From positions 91,575-155,574 of the forward strand of contig DFYY01000022.1 of the NCBI GenBank assembly GCA_002383485.1: DNA of 64,000 nt. Direction: 5' to 3'. Numbering within the stretch: the stretch's first letter is position 1; the number at the start of each line of letters is the position of its first letter. The notes below the pieces were generated by a model that made no database searches, was not told the DNA's origin, and saw only the letters and a program-made list of their open reading frames with translations. Below are positions 62,971 through 64,000 of the stretch, one piece after another. This DNA is from Bacteroidales bacterium UBA4070. GTDB taxonomy: Bacteria; Bacteroidota; Bacteroidia; Bacteroidales; VadinHA17. The position numbers and the translations under genes are program-made.

Positions 62971-64000
62971 ATGGAATTGAAGAAAGAGATAAAGACCCTG
63001 ATGTGGATCATTGCAGTCTTTGTTTTTGCGTTTTTCATGCCGATTGAAAGCGCCCGGTTCAATACGGCTCTTGCGGCAACCCTGGACCTGGTTAAGTGGT
63101 ATGCAAGGGAGCACGTTATTTTGTGTCTCCTGCCTGCCTTCTTCATTGCAGGCGTCATCTCCGTTTTTGTAAGTCAGGGCTCGGTAATAAAGTATTTCGG
63201 GGCAAATGCGAAGAAATGGCTGGCATATACGGTGGCTGCCGTATCAGGAACGATACTGGCGGTCTGTTCCTGCACCATCCTGCCGCTTTTTTCGAGTATC
63301 CACAAGCGTGGCGCAGGGCTCGGTCCGGCAATAGCATTTCTTTATTCAGGTCCGGCCATAAATATTCTTGCCATTATTCTTACTGCAAGGATCCTCGGTT
63401 TTGAGATGGGGGTGGCCAGGGTCATCGGTGCAGTCTCATTCAGCGTTATAATCGGGTGGATTATGGCTCTGATCTATCGCAAGGAGGAGTTACAGAAGAA
63501 GGCAGACCAGATGAATATTGTTGCAGCGCCGGAAAAGAGACCAATGTGGAAGACCATGACTCACTTCTTTACGCTTGTGCTCATACTGGTCTTTGCCAAC
63601 TGGGGCAGCCCGGCCGCCAATGATACCTCAAGTGCATGGTACTATATTTTTTCATACAAGTGGTACATAACGGGATTTTTCAGCCTCGTCCTTGCCTGGT
63701 CGCTTGTAAGGATTCTGAAGATAAAATGGCAGTGGGTTCTGGCAGCAGCAGTTGTAACCATAATTTCGGTGTTCCTGTCGAATGCCTTTATTGAAAGTGC
63801 AAAGATCAGACCACTTGTTCCAATGGTAGTTGGTCTGGTCGCATTGAGCATAATTACACTTCTGGACAAGCAGGACGAGGAAAACCGGGAATGGACTCTG
63901 TCAACCTGGGGTTTTGCAAAACAGATTATCCCATTGCTGGGAATAGGGGTAGTGATCGCCGGTTTCCTGCTTGGCTCAACTCATGATGGACAAAGCATTG
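62971..64000 (+). CDS. COG0701/ArsP-type permease with a vicinal Cys pair (3' end outside the window)
   Basis: Not in the ORF track because no stop is reached. My translation from the ATG at 62971 is open to the window end: MELKKEIKTLMWIIAVFVFAFFMP...AVCSCTILPLFSSIHKRGAGLGPAIAFLYSGPAINILAI. Confidence 0.75.
   Translation, partial: MELKKEIKTLMWIIAVFVFAFFMPIESARFNTALAATLDLVKWYAREHVILCLLPAFFIAGVISVFVSQGSVIKYFGANAKKWLAYTVAAVSGTILAVCSCTILPLFSSIHKRGAGLGPAIAFLYSGPAINILAIILTARILGFEMGVARVIGAVSFSVIIGWIMALIYRKEELQKKADQMNIVAAPEKRPMWKTMTHFFTLVLILVFANWGSPAANDTSSAWYYIFSYKWYITGFFSLVLAWSLVRILKIKWQWVLAAAVVTIISVFLSNAFIESAKIRPLVPMVVGLVALSIITLLDKQDEENREWTLSTWGFAKQIIPLLGIGVVIAGFLLGSTHDGQSI

Overview
The window looks like chromosomal DNA from a Bacteroidota-type genome. 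The evidence is a SusC/SusD pair, TonB-dependent receptors with CarboxypepD_reg domains, and the DUF3822-rsmD and serC-serA-DUF1015 syntenies. GC is about half by eye. I call about 55 protein genes, one tRNA-Asp, two pseudogenes, four hairpin terminators and several short repeats. There is no CRISPR array, rRNA, transposase or integrase.

Most of the content is housekeeping:
- a molybdenum-hydroxylase cluster (xdhC, mocA-like, 2Fe-2S and Mo subunits)
- rfbACD plus a phosphosugar mutase
- rpsA, rnz, guaA, clpB, gcvT, serC/serA and yggS
- zwf-pgl-pntAAB
- an ArsR-headed thiol/arsenical-type cluster that runs off the 3' end

The parts that housekeeping does not explain are:
1. A co-directional minus-strand string at 47.9-54.2 kb. 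It holds a membrane protein joining a periplasmic PstS-like binding domain to a cytoplasmic GcvH-like domain with no lipoyl lysine. Next come a multiply broken mosaic gene (Tat-signal 4Fe-4S ferredoxin N-terminus joined to a second GcvH-like domain), a histidine kinase whose periplasmic domain has CXXCH and CX4CH motifs, a sigma-54 enhancer-binding response regulator and an archaemetzincin-type protease.
2. An AT-rich fic islet next to the 3' end of tRNA-Asp. The fic gene is bracketed by two direct-repeat modules, each with three TTTATGCA boxes at the same 30/20-bp spacing.
3. A roughly 75-nt interspersed element. It supplies the last two codons and the TAG stop of two unrelated genes, and its central hairpin differs in sequence but not in structure between the copies.
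4. Scattered partner-switching parts (an orphan SiaB/SiaC-like pair, two STAS proteins, one Hpt protein) with no cognate phosphatase or output nearby.
5. A conserved 20-bp palindrome repeated within the ArsR cluster.

All family assignments come from motif recognition by eye; no searches were run.
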